Positions 46,479 to 56,781 of a stretch of 64,000 bases of DNA are shown here, piece after piece. Source of the DNA: an uncultured delta proteobacterium (GTDB lineage Bacteria > Desulfobacterota > Binatia > Binatales > Binataceae); NCBI GenBank assembly GCA_963755705.1, contig CAVWKW010000001.1, forward strand, positions 165,884 through 229,883, in the 5' to 3' direction. Below the pieces are notes generated by a model. The model did not search any database. It saw only the letters and a list, made by a program, of their open reading frames with translations, and was not told the origin of the DNA. Every line of letters starts with the position of its first letter. The first letter of the stretch is position 1. The position numbers were made by a program, and so were the translations under genes.

Positions 46479-46760
46479 GTGCCCAGAGTCTATGTTGGTA
46501 ATCTGGCCGAATCGGTTACGCGCGATGATTTGACCACGCTGTTTTCGCGCGTTGGCAAAGTCGGCGGAGCGTTGGTTATCACCGACAAGCTTTCGGGCGT
46601 GTCGCGCGGGTTTGGTTTCGTCGAGATGATCGAGGTTGACGACGCGATCAATGCGGCGCATTTCTTTCATGACACCGAACTCTCCGGCAGAAAGCTGCAA
46701 GTCGATCAATATCGGCCCAAAGACGAACCTGCCACCAAGGGTTCCCGCAAGCGTCGTTAA
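46479..46760 (+). CDS. Second RRM-type RNA-binding protein (GTG start; no Gly tail)
   Basis: RNP2 VYVGNL and RNP1 RGFGFVEM. GGAGG RBS 7 nt before GTG at 46479. Confidence 0.7.
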   Translation: MPRVYVGNLAESVTRDDLTTLFSRVGKVGGALVITDKLSGVSRGFGFVEMIEVDDAINAAHFFHDTELSGRKLQVDQYRPKDEPATKGSRKRR

Positions 46761-46876
46761 TCACAAAACGCCGGACCTGCGGCAAGGCCCGCTCGGCCGT
46801 CACGCAGGGCTGACAGAAAGCGCCCCCGAAAATCGCGCGCTCGAAAAACTTTGTAACCATCGCCCGTGGAGGCAAT

Positions 46877-47173
46877 ATGCAGTCGGAACCGATCTCAGCC
46901 TGGCGGACCCACGAATGGAGAGTCAGGACGCTTGAATCGATCGTTGCCGGCGGCGGCTCACGGCTCGGTTTCACCTGCCGCGGATGCGGCAAAACCTTCA
47001 ATCACAACACCATTAATCGCCGCACCTGGGCAGTGGACGCGCAGGGCGTCGCGCTCAGCGACGACGTAACGAATCGTTGGCTCAAGGGCGAATGCCTGCG
47101 CCATCCGATCCTCGCCGACGACGACGACCGCAAGCTGACCAAGTATCCCCCAGGCTCCGCGCCGCACCCGTAG
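46877..47173 (+). CDS. Hypothetical small protein with CxxC pair
   Basis: ORF only. TCRGCGKTFNHN could be a zinc-ribbon remnant. Confidence 0.2.
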   Translation: MQSEPISAWRTHEWRVRTLESIVAGGGSRLGFTCRGCGKTFNHNTINRRTWAVDAQGVALSDDVTNRWLKGECLRHPILADDDDRKLTKYPPGSAPHP

Positions 47174-47515
47174 CCGAACGCGAAAAAAAGACCTTCGCTA
47201 AGACAAGTCTGAATCGAGGGCTTTGGCCGAAGCGCGAAGGGTATCGACGCCAGAGACCACGCTCAACTTCTCGAGCAGCTCGTCGGAGTCTTTCAGATCG
47301 AGCGGTGTCGAAGCCCCTCGGTGAACCAGTTGTGTCGAGACCTTAGTGTCGGGCGCGCACTGCGTGAACTGCGATCTCGCGCTCGATGCCCTTTACGTGG
47401 ACGGTCTGCGTGTCGCACTGCGTGGCCGCCAACATTGGATTTGACGGGAGGAGATATCGACCCTCGTATGCCACCCCGCGCCTTGGAAGGACCAGCAGAC
47501 TACGCGCGGACGGTC

Positions 47516-49846
47516 CTAAATGCGGGTCGGCGCCGCGAGCGAGCGCGCATTGCTTCCTGCAGCCGCGACGCGAGCGAGTACGTCGTCAAGGTCCCAGAAC
47601 AGTTGCGCCAAACGCCGCAGCGACGCGATCTCTGACATTAGCTGAAGCCGCATCGGCGTTTGCCATTGGGCAATTTGCGCAAAGCCGTTCGCGCCGACGC
47701 CTTGGGTGAAGTCGTTCAAGGGAGCCTCGATGTCGTCGGCCACGCGGTTGCCCGAAATCGCACGCGCGGCGCGGCTGCTGAGGCAGTTCGGTCCGTCAAA
47801 ATGGTCGCGCCATGATTCCAGCCGCGCGCGCATCGCAGCTAATAGCCGGTCGCGCGCAGCTTCGGTTTGTGCCGATAGCGGGGGCAGCGGCGCTTGGATG
47901 CGCTCTCTGCTGATCGCGCTCAGGCGATGCGCGATGCGGCGCAGGGTGCCCGAAGCGTTGACAGTAGCGTCGGGATCGATTCGGCTCGAACGCCCCTCGA
48001 TCCGCGCATCGTCTGCGATCCCGAGCAGGTCTGCGAGCTCGCGCGTAATACCCTCGCTGGTCTCGTGGAGTTTCCTTACCGATAACGAGTCCGCACCGCC
48101 CGGCATCAGGTCGAGCGTGGCGTGCAGAATCTTCCGCAGCCGCGGCAGCAGCGAGTCGCCTGCATATTCCGGCCAGATCAGGATGAACACCGCGGTCAGC
48201 ACCAGCATCGCGAGGATAATTCCCCATACCCGATAGAGCGGCGTCGTGATGGCTTCGCTCGGGCTGATTCCTGCCCATGTGAATACGAATGCGCCGCCCA
48301 TCTGGCGGCCTGCATATGCGAATTGTCCGTTGCCGAGTCCAAGGTAAGCGGCCGTGAACAACCCGAGGAACGCGACCATCATGTAGATCGGAAGGGTCTC
48401 GAAGTTGGGCGTCACGATAATAATTGCGAGCAGCCCGATCGCGCCGCCCAGCGCATTGCCCAGTAGCCGCAACAGCATTTTACCGAGCGTCGCGCCGTAG
48501 GTGGGCAATCCGGCGATGATTACCGTGGTGATAATCACCGACAGGTCGGCGCGCTGGGTCGTGATGCCGATGACGAACCCAATCACGATCGCGAGCGCCA
48601 CCTTGAGCGAGTAGCGGACCAGCGCCGGGTCGCGTCCATGGCGCCGCGTCGGGCCGGTGACCTCATTGGATAGCCATGGTTCTTCCAGACCGTGGATCAG
48701 CAGTTCCCCGATCTGCCGCAGTCCGTTTGCGAAAGAACCCAGGTTGGCGGCCTCGACCGTGGTTGACTGTGCGAGCAAGGCCGGGCGAACTATCGCGATC
48801 CGCGCCTCGAGCGCGGCGATTGCGGGCTGCACGGCGCCGACGGCGATCGCGGTGCGGTTCTCACCATAGGATATTTCGCCACGCGCGCGTTCGGCCGCGC
48901 GCTCGGCAAGTGCCGCGTCGAGCGCACGAACCAGCACTTCCACTTCGGGCCGCACCATCGTGCGCGCAACCCGCGGCAGCGGATCGATCGCGGCGATAAT
49001 CAGGTTATCGACCGCGATATGCAGCCGCTCGGCCAGTGTGATCGCGCCCAGCAGCACGGCCCGCCGCTCGGGCGTCGCGCCCTCCTGCGCCGCGCGTTCG
49101 AGGAGCGCCAGATGCGCGGGTATGTCAGAGAGGAATCCCGGAATTCGCACGCCCGAGTCTCCCGGCGGCGCGAAAAAGGCGGCCGCCGCTACGTCGAGCC
49201 GCGCGCGCGTGCGGCTAAGGTTATGCCCCAGCATCGCGATCAGCTCCGCGTCGGCAGGGTTCGGCCACAGCACCATATCGAATAGCGAGATCAGGATAAC
49301 GCTGATGACCACGCCGCCGAACGTCGAAGCCGCTTCGACTCCGAAACCCTGCGGGTCGAATACCACCAGATAGAACGAGGTCAGAAAGGTTATCTCGACG
49401 ATCACCCACGCATATGGAAGCCGAAACGCTGACAGGACGTAGCGAAAAACGAACGCGGCCACAAACAGGAACGGAAGCATCAGCCACGGCGTCTCCGAGA
49501 GCTGCCCCGCCAGTGGCACCGACAGCGCCAGCATCGCACCGGTAACGACGACGAAGCGCAGCCCCTTAAACGGTGTGATCCTCACGCCGCCTGCTGACGC
49601 GACGGTCCACAACACGTATGGCCCGAGGAGCGCATCGACATGCGCCGCCGCCATCAGGCCGAATCCGATTGCGCAGATTATCCCGGTGCGAAAGGCCGAG
49701 ACGGTGCGCCGAGGATGCGGCTCGAGATCGAGCGCGAGGGCGCCGAATAGCGAGTCCACGCCATCCGTGATTCGACGCACACCGGCGGCCGCGAGTCCTT
49801 TTAGTCGCCGGCGTGAGCGTAGTTCGATCCCCGGCGCGGCCGCCAT
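47516..49846 (-). CDS. FUSC-family (AaeB/YccS-like) efflux transporter
   Basis: 776 aa with two separate hydrophobic multi-TM regions, the FUSC architecture. Operon with HlyD and DUF1656-like genes. Confidence 0.75.
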   Translation of the reverse strand: MAAAPGIELRSRRRLKGLAAAGVRRITDGVDSLFGALALDLEPHPRRTVSAFRTGIICAIGFGLMAAAHVDALLGPYVLWTVASAGGVRITPFKGLRFVVVTGAMLALSVPLAGQLSETPWLMLPFLFVAAFVFRYVLSAFRLPYAWVIVEITFLTSFYLVVFDPQGFGVEAASTFGGVVISVILISLFDMVLWPNPADAELIAMLGHNLSRTRARLDVAAAAFFAPPGDSGVRIPGFLSDIPAHLALLERAAQEGATPERRAVLLGAITLAERLHIAVDNLIIAAIDPLPRVARTMVRPEVEVLVRALDAALAERAAERARGEISYGENRTAIAVGAVQPAIAALEARIAIVRPALLAQSTTVEAANLGSFANGLRQIGELLIHGLEEPWLSNEVTGPTRRHGRDPALVRYSLKVALAIVIGFVIGITTQRADLSVIITTVIIAGLPTYGATLGKMLLRLLGNALGGAIGLLAIIIVTPNFETLPIYMMVAFLGLFTAAYLGLGNGQFAYAGRQMGGAFVFTWAGISPSEAITTPLYRVWGIILAMLVLTAVFILIWPEYAGDSLLPRLRKILHATLDLMPGGADSLSVRKLHETSEGITRELADLLGIADDARIEGRSSRIDPDATVNASGTLRRIAHRLSAISRERIQAPLPPLSAQTEAARDRLLAAMRARLESWRDHFDGPNCLSSRAARAISGNRVADDIEAPLNDFTQGVGANGFAQIAQWQTPMRLQLMSEIASLRRLAQLFWDLDDVLARVAAAGSNARSLAAPTRI

Positions 49847-49850
49847 CGGA

Positions 49851-50900
49851 CTAGCGGAAACCCTGAATCGTCACGACCGCGGTCTGACCAGTGCGCAGCG
49901 GAAATTCCGGATTGCCGGGGTCGAGTGTGATCCGCACCGGGAAGCGCTGCGACAAACGAACCCAATTGAGCGTCGGCTCGACTTGAGGAAGCCCTTCAAC
50001 GCTGGCTCCGTTTTGCTGGTACAGCGCCCATCCGACGCCCTGCACGGTTCCTCGAAACGGATGATCGGGATAGCTGAGCAGATAGATCTGCGCGGTCATT
50101 CCGGGGCGGATATTGCCGAGAAAATTCTCGCGAAAATTCGCGACCACGTACCAGACCCGGTTATCGATCAGATTCAGCACGTCCCTGCCCTCGTTGGCGT
50201 ACTGTCCGACTGCGATATTGAGATTGGTGACGTAACCGTCGAACGGGGCGCTCACGTAGCAATAGTTAACATTCAGGCGTGCGTTGGTGACGTCGGCCTC
50301 GGCCTGCTTGCGGCGCGCGTTGATATCGCCGTACTGGCCAAGCTCGCTTTGTGCCTGGCTGACGGTCGCACGCGAATTTTCCACCGCGGCTTCCGCCGCA
50401 CGCAGCTTGCTGCGCGCATCGAAGACGTCGTTGGCGGTGACGTAATGCTTGGCAAGCAGCGGCTCGATGCGATGCAGATACTGGCGCGCGTATGCCAGGT
50501 CGGCCTCGCGGCGCTTCTGCTCGGAGCCTGCGGCGCGAATCGCGTCGTCGAGCCCGCTTATCTGCAGGTTGGTCAGTTGCAGCTTGGCAATGAGCGAATC
50601 GAGTGTTGCCTGGTATGGTCGCGGATCGACGATGAACAGCATATCGCCCTTGTGGACGTGCTGGTTGTCGACGATTGGGAGCTTGATTATGGGCCCGCTG
50701 ACGTGCGGCGCGACGCCGATTAGATTGGCGCGGACGTAGGCGTCGTCGGTGCGCGGATAGATGTAATAGAGCCGCGTCACCAGCAGGATCGCGACGATCG
50801 CGGCCACGATAATCGTGAGGCTGAGCAATCTTCCGATCGCCTTCAGCGCTGGATTATCCGCCGCTACTTCGTTTCCAGGAGCCACTGCGCCGCCCTTCAC
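49851..50900 (-). CDS. HlyD-family membrane-fusion/periplasmic adaptor protein (AaeA/EmrA-like)
   Basis: N-terminal TM anchor, coiled-coil segment, then beta-barrel region (GTVQGVGWALYQ...). Confidence 0.85.
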   Translation of the reverse strand: MKGGAVAPGNEVAADNPALKAIGRLLSLTIIVAAIVAILLVTRLYYIYPRTDDAYVRANLIGVAPHVSGPIIKLPIVDNQHVHKGDMLFIVDPRPYQATLDSLIAKLQLTNLQISGLDDAIRAAGSEQKRREADLAYARQYLHRIEPLLAKHYVTANDVFDARSKLRAAEAAVENSRATVSQAQSELGQYGDINARRKQAEADVTNARLNVNYCYVSAPFDGYVTNLNIAVGQYANEGRDVLNLIDNRVWYVVANFRENFLGNIRPGMTAQIYLLSYPDHPFRGTVQGVGWALYQQNGASVEGLPQVEPTLNWVRLSQRFPVRITLDPGNPEFPLRTGQTAVVTIQGFR

Positions 50901-51208
50901 ACCCGGTTAAAAAAGATTATCCAGAAGATGCATCCGAGCAGAATCGCCAGGCTCGCGTAAACCGCCGGCAGCGGCCACATATAGCGCTCGAGCCCGGAAG
51001 CGGCGAAGACCGGCCGCAGCAAAGCGGTGAGCGCCGCACCCACGATCGCGGCGACGAGCCAGCTCGGGAAATTTGCGCCCGCGATATTGACGATTGGATC
51101 GCATCCCGGCGCCGCGCACAGCGCGAATACCGCGATCCCCAGCCGCAGCGGGGTCGATGGTGCCCGATGAATCATGCCGGAAGATTCTACGCGTCGGATC
51201 GCGCGCAA
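50897..51208 (-). CDS. DUF1656-like small membrane protein (AaeX-like)
   Basis: Position upstream of HlyD/FUSC. The hydrophobic C-terminus LAILLGCIFWIIFFNRV resembles AaeX. Confidence 0.4.
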   Translation of the reverse strand: MRAIRRVESSGMIHRAPSTPLRLGIAVFALCAAPGCDPIVNIAGANFPSWLVAAIVGAALTALLRPVFAASGLERYMWPLPAVYASLAILLGCIFWIIFFNRV

Positions 51209-51433
51209 GCATCATCCTGGGGCGAGGAAAATTTTCTTCGATCGGCGCGATTTCGGAGCGCAGCCGGGTTAGGCTTGTGCCGGCCGCGGCCCGGATGAAC
51301 CGGACCGACGGACTTGGCAAGCACCATCTTGGGGGCCTTTATGCACCTGAAAACGATCACAAACTGCAACCCTCGCACGGTCGCCCGTAAGCGGCGCAAA
51401 CTGCGGCGTGCGGGAATTCCGAAGCGCGCGGTG

Positions 51434-52882
51434 ATGCTGATTCTTGCCGCCTCGATCGCGGGATGCGCCAGCTACGCCGAGCGGCCCGAGATCACGCCTG
51501 ATCTGTACTCGCCGGCCGCGGCCGATCAGCAGTGGAGTCCGGTCGCGCAACAGCAGCCGCAGTATCACGTGGCCGCGGTGACGCAGGAGATTGCGCAGGC
51601 AGCCTCTCAGGATCATTCGACGGTGACCGGATCGCACTATGACCTGCCGCGGCTGATCGATCTGGCGCTGCGGCTAAATCCGAGCACGCGCCAGTCGTGG
51701 CAAGCGGCGCGGTCGGCGGCCGCGTCTTATGGAATCGCTCAGGCGCCTTATTATCCGCGGGTTGGCTTTGAGACTGACGCCGGCTACAACCGCCTGCTGT
51801 TTCAGGTCGTTCCCGGACCTGCGGTAATCAAGCAATGGTCCGTCTCGCCGATGGGAGAGTTGACCTATACCCTGCTGGATTTCGGCCGGCGCAGTGCGGA
51901 CTCCGAATTGGCGCGCCAGGAACTCGCGGCCGCGAACTTTGGCTTTAATCGAACGATGCAGACCGTAGTGTACCAGGTACAGAGCAACTACTACTCGCTG
52001 GCCGCCGCGCAGGCTGCCGTGCAAGCCGCGACCGAGAACGTCGATCTCGCGCGCACCGACCTGGAAGCGGTCTCCCGCCGCGTAAACCTGGGACTCGCGA
52101 CCGAGCCCGCGCTGCTGCTCGCGCGCGAGACTGAGGCGCAGGCCGAGTTCCAGCTCGAAAGCGCGCACACTCTAGTGAACGATTCGCGCGCGGGACTCGC
52201 GGTCGCGGTCGGAGTGGCGGCCGATGAGCCGCTCGAGATTCAGAGCCTCGACAATCAGCCGGTGCCGAAGACGCTCGGCAAGGAAGTCCAGCAGTTGATC
52301 ACTGAGGCGGTTCGCGAGCGTCCCGACCTGGAGGCCGAAGCGGCGAAGTATCGCGCCAGCGAAGCCGCGGTGAAGCGCTCGCATGCCGAATGGTTTCCAG
52401 TGTTGACGGCGGACGCCAACTATGGCGAGCAGGCGTGGTGGTACACGTTTTCGAACTCGAACACGATCAAGAGTGCGTCGCCGCAATACGAGGCGTTGCT
52501 CACGCTGCGCTGGGACATCTTTACCGGCTTCAGCCGTCTCGACGACGATCGCCGCACAGAGGCCAATCGCAAAGCCGAGCGCGAAAGCGTGAAGTCGCTC
52601 GAAATCGAAACCATCGCGGAAGTATGGCGTTCGTACTACGACTTTCAGACCGCGGTGAAGAAATATCAGTTCGCGCAGGCGCTGCTCGCCGCCGCGCAGG
52701 AGTCATACAACGACAACCTCGATACCTATCGGCAGGGGCTCAGCACGATCGTCGAGCTTTTGACCGCCGACACCGCGCTCGCGAACGCGCGCCTGACGAT
52801 GGTCCAATCCACGGCCGAGCTACTGACCTCATCCGCGACGGTCGCATACGCGGTAGGCGCGGTGGATATGCCCAGGAGATGA
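51434..52882 (+). CDS. Outer-membrane efflux lipoprotein (NodT/TolC family)
   Basis: Lipobox LAASIAGC. Paired coiled-coil/beta-barrel repeats typical of TolC-like outer membrane factors. An alternative earlier start at 51341 is possible. Confidence 0.8.
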   Translation: MLILAASIAGCASYAERPEITPDLYSPAAADQQWSPVAQQQPQYHVAAVTQEIAQAASQDHSTVTGSHYDLPRLIDLALRLNPSTRQSWQAARSAAASYGIAQAPYYPRVGFETDAGYNRLLFQVVPGPAVIKQWSVSPMGELTYTLLDFGRRSADSELARQELAAANFGFNRTMQTVVYQVQSNYYSLAAAQAAVQAATENVDLARTDLEAVSRRVNLGLATEPALLLARETEAQAEFQLESAHTLVNDSRAGLAVAVGVAADEPLEIQSLDNQPVPKTLGKEVQQLITEAVRERPDLEAEAAKYRASEAAVKRSHAEWFPVLTADANYGEQAWWYTFSNSNTIKSASPQYEALLTLRWDIFTGFSRLDDDRRTEANRKAERESVKSLEIETIAEVWRSYYDFQTAVKKYQFAQALLAAAQESYNDNLDTYRQGLSTIVELLTADTALANARLTMVQSTAELLTSSATVAYAVGAVDMPRR

Positions 52883-52921
52883 GCAAAGCTGATAGCGTCT
52901 ATGTGATAAATCTGGATCGGC

Positions 52922-53104
52922 ATGAGAACCGCGATGAACAGACGACAGGCCGGTGAAACCGGTTCATTGACAGATTGGATTGATCGCCGGATCGATCGCG
53001 AAGGGTTGCGGCGGGAAGTCGATGAACTGGTCGATCAGATGATGATTCAGCAGCGGCTGACCGAAATGCGTCAGCGGGCCGGTATGACTCAGCGCGAGTT
53101 TTAA
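52922..53104 (+). pseudogene. HigA/XRE-family antitoxin-like N-terminal fragment (60 aa) ending at the MITE junction
   Basis: ...LTEMRQRAGMTQREF* stops where an HTH helix would begin. Downstream frames carry only degenerate remnants (e.g. PAVPRSAVKP). Confidence 0.4.
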
Positions 53105-53274
53105 GTGGCACAGGCTTTAGCCTGTGTCTTCGGCTCTTCGCCGCCTCTTCAAACTTTTCAGGGATCGGTAAAGTGTTGAGGATCTGAGTCTGGAATTTCC
53201 ATCCGGCTCATGAAAACTCTCTGAACTCAGATGATGACACCCATATTCTGAGGTCCTAAGAACACAGGCTAAAG
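53105..53274. mobile_element. MITE-like ~170-bp element with 24-bp terminal inverted repeats, each end itself a hairpin palindrome
   Basis: Left GTGGCACAGGCTTTAGCCTGTGTC (53105-53128) matches right AACACAGGCTAAAGCCTGTGCCAC (53251-53274) at 23/24. CACAGGCT..AGCCTGTG is internally palindromic. Flanks are TTAA and CTAA (TAA/TA-type duplication). Confidence 0.6.
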
Positions 53275-53595
53275 CCTGTGCCACCTAAGAACCAGCCGTG
53301 CCGCGTTCAGCAGTCAAGCCCTGCGGCGGAAGCTCGCGATTTGCTGCGCGGCGGAAGGAGGCGCGGCGCGGCGATTGATCTTTTCAGCAATCGCCGTGAC
53401 GCGCGGGTGAGGGTTCTGCTCTGCATCTTTCGCTGCGAAACGCCGTAAGTCGTCGTCCCGACGAAGCTCTGGCGGCAAATTTCCTCCTGCTTAATCCGGA
53501 TGCTGTTCGCACCATGCTCTCATGGCGCGACATACTTGATCTCGGCTTCGGCGACCGTTCGTCCGCGGAAATATTTGCTCAGAAATAACGAGGCC

Positions 53596-54384
53596 TCACT
53601 CGATTTTTACCAACAGCCCCTTGTTGCGGGCCGAGGCGAAAATCCAGTTGAAGAACAGGATCGCGGCCGCGAAGTAGCTCGCGTTCAGGCCGATGCCCCA
53701 CCAGAAGTGGACGCGCGAGAATCCGCCGCCGGCCAGTATCTGGCGCATCCCTTCGAACGCATGCGTCGTCGGCAGCATCCAGGCGATCGCGCGCAGCACG
53801 CGCGGCAGCGATTTGATCGGATAGAACACGCACGAGACCGGCTGCAGCAGTCCCGCGAAGCTCCACGCCAGCGTCTGGATTCGCGTCGTGTAGCGCACGA
53901 TCAGCCCGGCCATGATGATCCCGATCGCGAAGGCGAACAGGATCAGGTTCAGCATGTAGGGCAGGAACGCGCCGAGCAGCGGCACGATATTGAACCTGTA
54001 GGCTACGATCGCGATCGCGCTGGCGCACGCAAAACCGACGATCACCTTGACCACGTTCACGCAGATGAGCCCCGTGATGTATTCCCACACGCCCAGCGGC
54101 GAGGAGAACAGGTTGATCATGTTGCGCGCCCATAGCTCGTCGAGAAAACCAACCGTCATGTCGCGCTGGAACGCGAAAAATATTCCCCACAGGATCGCCG
54201 CGCCGAGCAGAAAGCTCACCAGGTCCGGGCGCAGGCGATTGCCCTGGCTCAAATAGATCGTGAAGAAGCCCCACAGGATGATATCCAGTACCGGCCAGTA
54301 AACCATGTCCATGAAGCGATCAATGTTGCGCCGTGCCTCATAGCAGTGGCGAACGATTACCGCCATTACGCGATGTAGTTTCAT
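53596..54384 (-). CDS. ABC-2 family transporter permease
   Basis: 262 aa, 6 TM. Start overlaps the ATPase stop. Confidence 0.75.
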   Translation of the reverse strand: MKLHRVMAVIVRHCYEARRNIDRFMDMVYWPVLDIILWGFFTIYLSQGNRLRPDLVSFLLGAAILWGIFFAFQRDMTVGFLDELWARNMINLFSSPLGVWEYITGLICVNVVKVIVGFACASAIAIVAYRFNIVPLLGAFLPYMLNLILFAFAIGIIMAGLIVRYTTRIQTLAWSFAGLLQPVSCVFYPIKSLPRVLRAIAWMLPTTHAFEGMRQILAGGGFSRVHFWWGIGLNASYFAAAILFFNWIFASARNKGLLVKIE

Positions 54385-55124
54385 GCACTAATCCTTTCCC
54401 GCACGATGCGCAGGAAGACTTCCTCGAGCGCGGGTTCGTCGCGTTCTTCTTTGAGAATCGCCTGCGTGATTTCGATCGGGCTGCCCTGAGCGATCACGCG
54501 GCCGTGATTAAGAAACACGATCCTGCTGCACATCTGCTCGACCTCGGCCATGTTGTGCGAGGTGTACAGGATGGTGGTGCCCTGCTCGCGCTGCACCCGC
54601 ATCATCATTTCCTTCACCTGCCACGCGATCTCCGGGTCGAGGTACGCGGTCGGCTCGTCGAGCAGCAACAGCCGCGGATCATTGAGCATCGCCTTGGCGA
54701 GCCCGACGCGCGTGTTTTCGCCCGACGACAGCCGCGCCACGGGTTTATTGCGCAGATCGGTGATGCCGAAGGTTTCGAGCAGTGCGTCGATCTTTTCGCG
54801 CCGGCGCGGCACGTTATATAGCCGCGCGAACACCAGCAGGTTCTCCAGCACCGTCAGCCGGTACGGAAAGGCCACATACGGCGAAGTGAAGTTGATCGCT
54901 TGCAAAATTTCCTCGCGATGCGTCCGGATGTCGTGGCCGAAAATCCGCACCTCGCCCTCGCTCGGCGTGATGAGGCCGAGAATCATGTGGATGGTCGTGG
55001 TCTTGCCCGCGCCATTGGGCCCGAGCATCCCGATGATCTCGCCGGGTTCGATTCCAAAGCTCACGTCATCGACGGCGGTGAAATTTCCGAAGCGTTTGGT
55101 CAGATGATTTACTTCAACCAGCAT
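54381..55124 (-). CDS. ABC transporter ATP-binding protein
   Basis: Walker A GPNGAGKTT, signature LSSGENTR-type, Walker B LLLLDEPT. Confidence 0.9.
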   Translation of the reverse strand: MLVEVNHLTKRFGNFTAVDDVSFGIEPGEIIGMLGPNGAGKTTTIHMILGLITPSEGEVRIFGHDIRTHREEILQAINFTSPYVAFPYRLTVLENLLVFARLYNVPRRREKIDALLETFGITDLRNKPVARLSSGENTRVGLAKAMLNDPRLLLLDEPTAYLDPEIAWQVKEMMMRVQREQGTTILYTSHNMAEVEQMCSRIVFLNHGRVIAQGSPIEITQAILKEERDEPALEEVFLRIVRERISA

Positions 55125-55448
55125 TTGAACTGTCTCCTGTCGTCCGTCGATTTGAGAGCCGGAAAGAAGAGCCGCAAAGCGAAAATGAAAAAGGCGGCTC
55201 TGGATGCTCGATGCACCCGGGGCCGCCTTTTATTTCCTGTTTCTGATACTACCTAATGGGCAGGAAGCAGGAGGAACGCGCACCCACGGGCCGATACCGC
55301 TTTATTTCGTTCGATGGCCAACATGGGTTTTTGCGCGAGCGCCTCCGGAAAACTCATTCAGACGCAGAGATGCTAGCATACGCGCCAAGGGCTGACTATC
55401 CTCGTGGGTACCGCTCGCGGCCCCTCAGGACCGCACCGTGGACCCATC

Positions 55449-56768
55449 ATGCGAACCGACCTTCGAACCGACCTGCGCGGCCTTCCGATCACGGCAAGCT
55501 CCGACGAAGCAATCGCCGCGATCGATCGCTACACCGACGCCGCGGTCGCGCTTAAGTCCGGCATGGATGCGATCGTCGCCGCCGCCGACGCGCATCGCGA
55601 CTGCGCGATGCTGCAAGCGTGCGCGGCTTCTCTGTTCGCCCTTTCGCAATCGACCGTGCAAGCGCGCCGCGGGAATCAGTATCTGGCGCGGGCGCGCGAG
55701 CGGATTGACGATCTGACCGAGCGCGAGCGGATTTTTATCGACGCGGTCAGTGCGGGATGCGAGGGCGACTTTATGCGCGCACTCGGATCGTACGAGCAGA
55801 TCGCCGAAAGGTGGCCGCGCGACCTGCTCGCGGCCAAGATCGCGGAGTTTCATTTTTTTGAAACCGGTCTTGCCGCGCGCCAGCTCGGCTTCATGGAAAA
55901 GATCGCGCCCGCCAATCGTGATTCGAGCCACGCGCAGGCGATGCTCGCGTTCGCGTGCGAGCTCAATGCGATGCGCCCGCGGGCTGAAGAGCTGGCGGTC
56001 CAGGCCCTGGAGCAGGAGCCGCTAACGATGTGGGCTCAGCATTGCCTGGCGCACGTCTTTGCAGGCGACTCGCGAGTAGCCGAAGGGGTTGCGGCGCTGG
56101 AACGCTATGCGTCATCGTGGGATCGCTTCGGGCAATACATCCAGTCGCACAATACGTTCCATCTGGCGACGCTCTATCGGACCAGGCTCGAGTTCGGCCG
56201 CGTGCTCGACGCGTACCGCCGGCATATCTGGGGTTTTCAGCCGGACGCGGTCGTCGAGCATACCGACGCGATCCTGCTCTTGTGGTACGTCGAGCTGGCG
56301 GGCGGTGACGTTGGCGGACGCTGGAGTGAGATCGCGCCGCACGTGCGCGCCAAAGTGCACGAGCAGGTCTTTCCGTTCCTGAACTCTATCTATCTGTATG
56401 CGCTCGAGCGGGCAGGCGAGTCGGCGGAGGTCGATCGCGCGCTCGATGAAATGCGCCGCTATGCCGAGCGCCAGAATGGCGCCACGGCGCGAGTTTGGAA
56501 CCAGGTCGGGATGGCCCAGGCGCGCGGATGCGTTGCGTACGCGCGCGGCGACTTCGATCGCGCGGCCGACGCGCTCGGCGCGATCCTGCCGGAGATCGCG
56601 ATTTGCGGCGGCAGCGACGAGCAGCGCGGTGTCTTCCACGAAGCACACTTCATGAGCCTGATTAAGACGGGGCGCAAGCGCGAGGCCGCAGGCGCGCTCA
56701 CCGGCTATGTTGGCGCGAGTCCGACTACGAAACTCGATCGCCGATGGTTCGAGATGGCCGGCGTCTGA
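55449..56768 (+). CDS. Tetratricopeptide-repeat protein (TTC38-like family)
   Basis: Helical repeat architecture over ~440 aa. Family assignment from memory. Confidence 0.55.
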   Translation: MRTDLRTDLRGLPITASSDEAIAAIDRYTDAAVALKSGMDAIVAAADAHRDCAMLQACAASLFALSQSTVQARRGNQYLARARERIDDLTERERIFIDAVSAGCEGDFMRALGSYEQIAERWPRDLLAAKIAEFHFFETGLAARQLGFMEKIAPANRDSSHAQAMLAFACELNAMRPRAEELAVQALEQEPLTMWAQHCLAHVFAGDSRVAEGVAALERYASSWDRFGQYIQSHNTFHLATLYRTRLEFGRVLDAYRRHIWGFQPDAVVEHTDAILLLWYVELAGGDVGGRWSEIAPHVRAKVHEQVFPFLNSIYLYALERAGESAEVDRALDEMRRYAERQNGATARVWNQVGMAQARGCVAYARGDFDRAADALGAILPEIAICGGSDEQRGVFHEAHFMSLIKTGRKREAAGALTGYVGASPTTKLDRRWFEMAGV

Positions 56769-56781
56769 CGGCCAATTCGCT

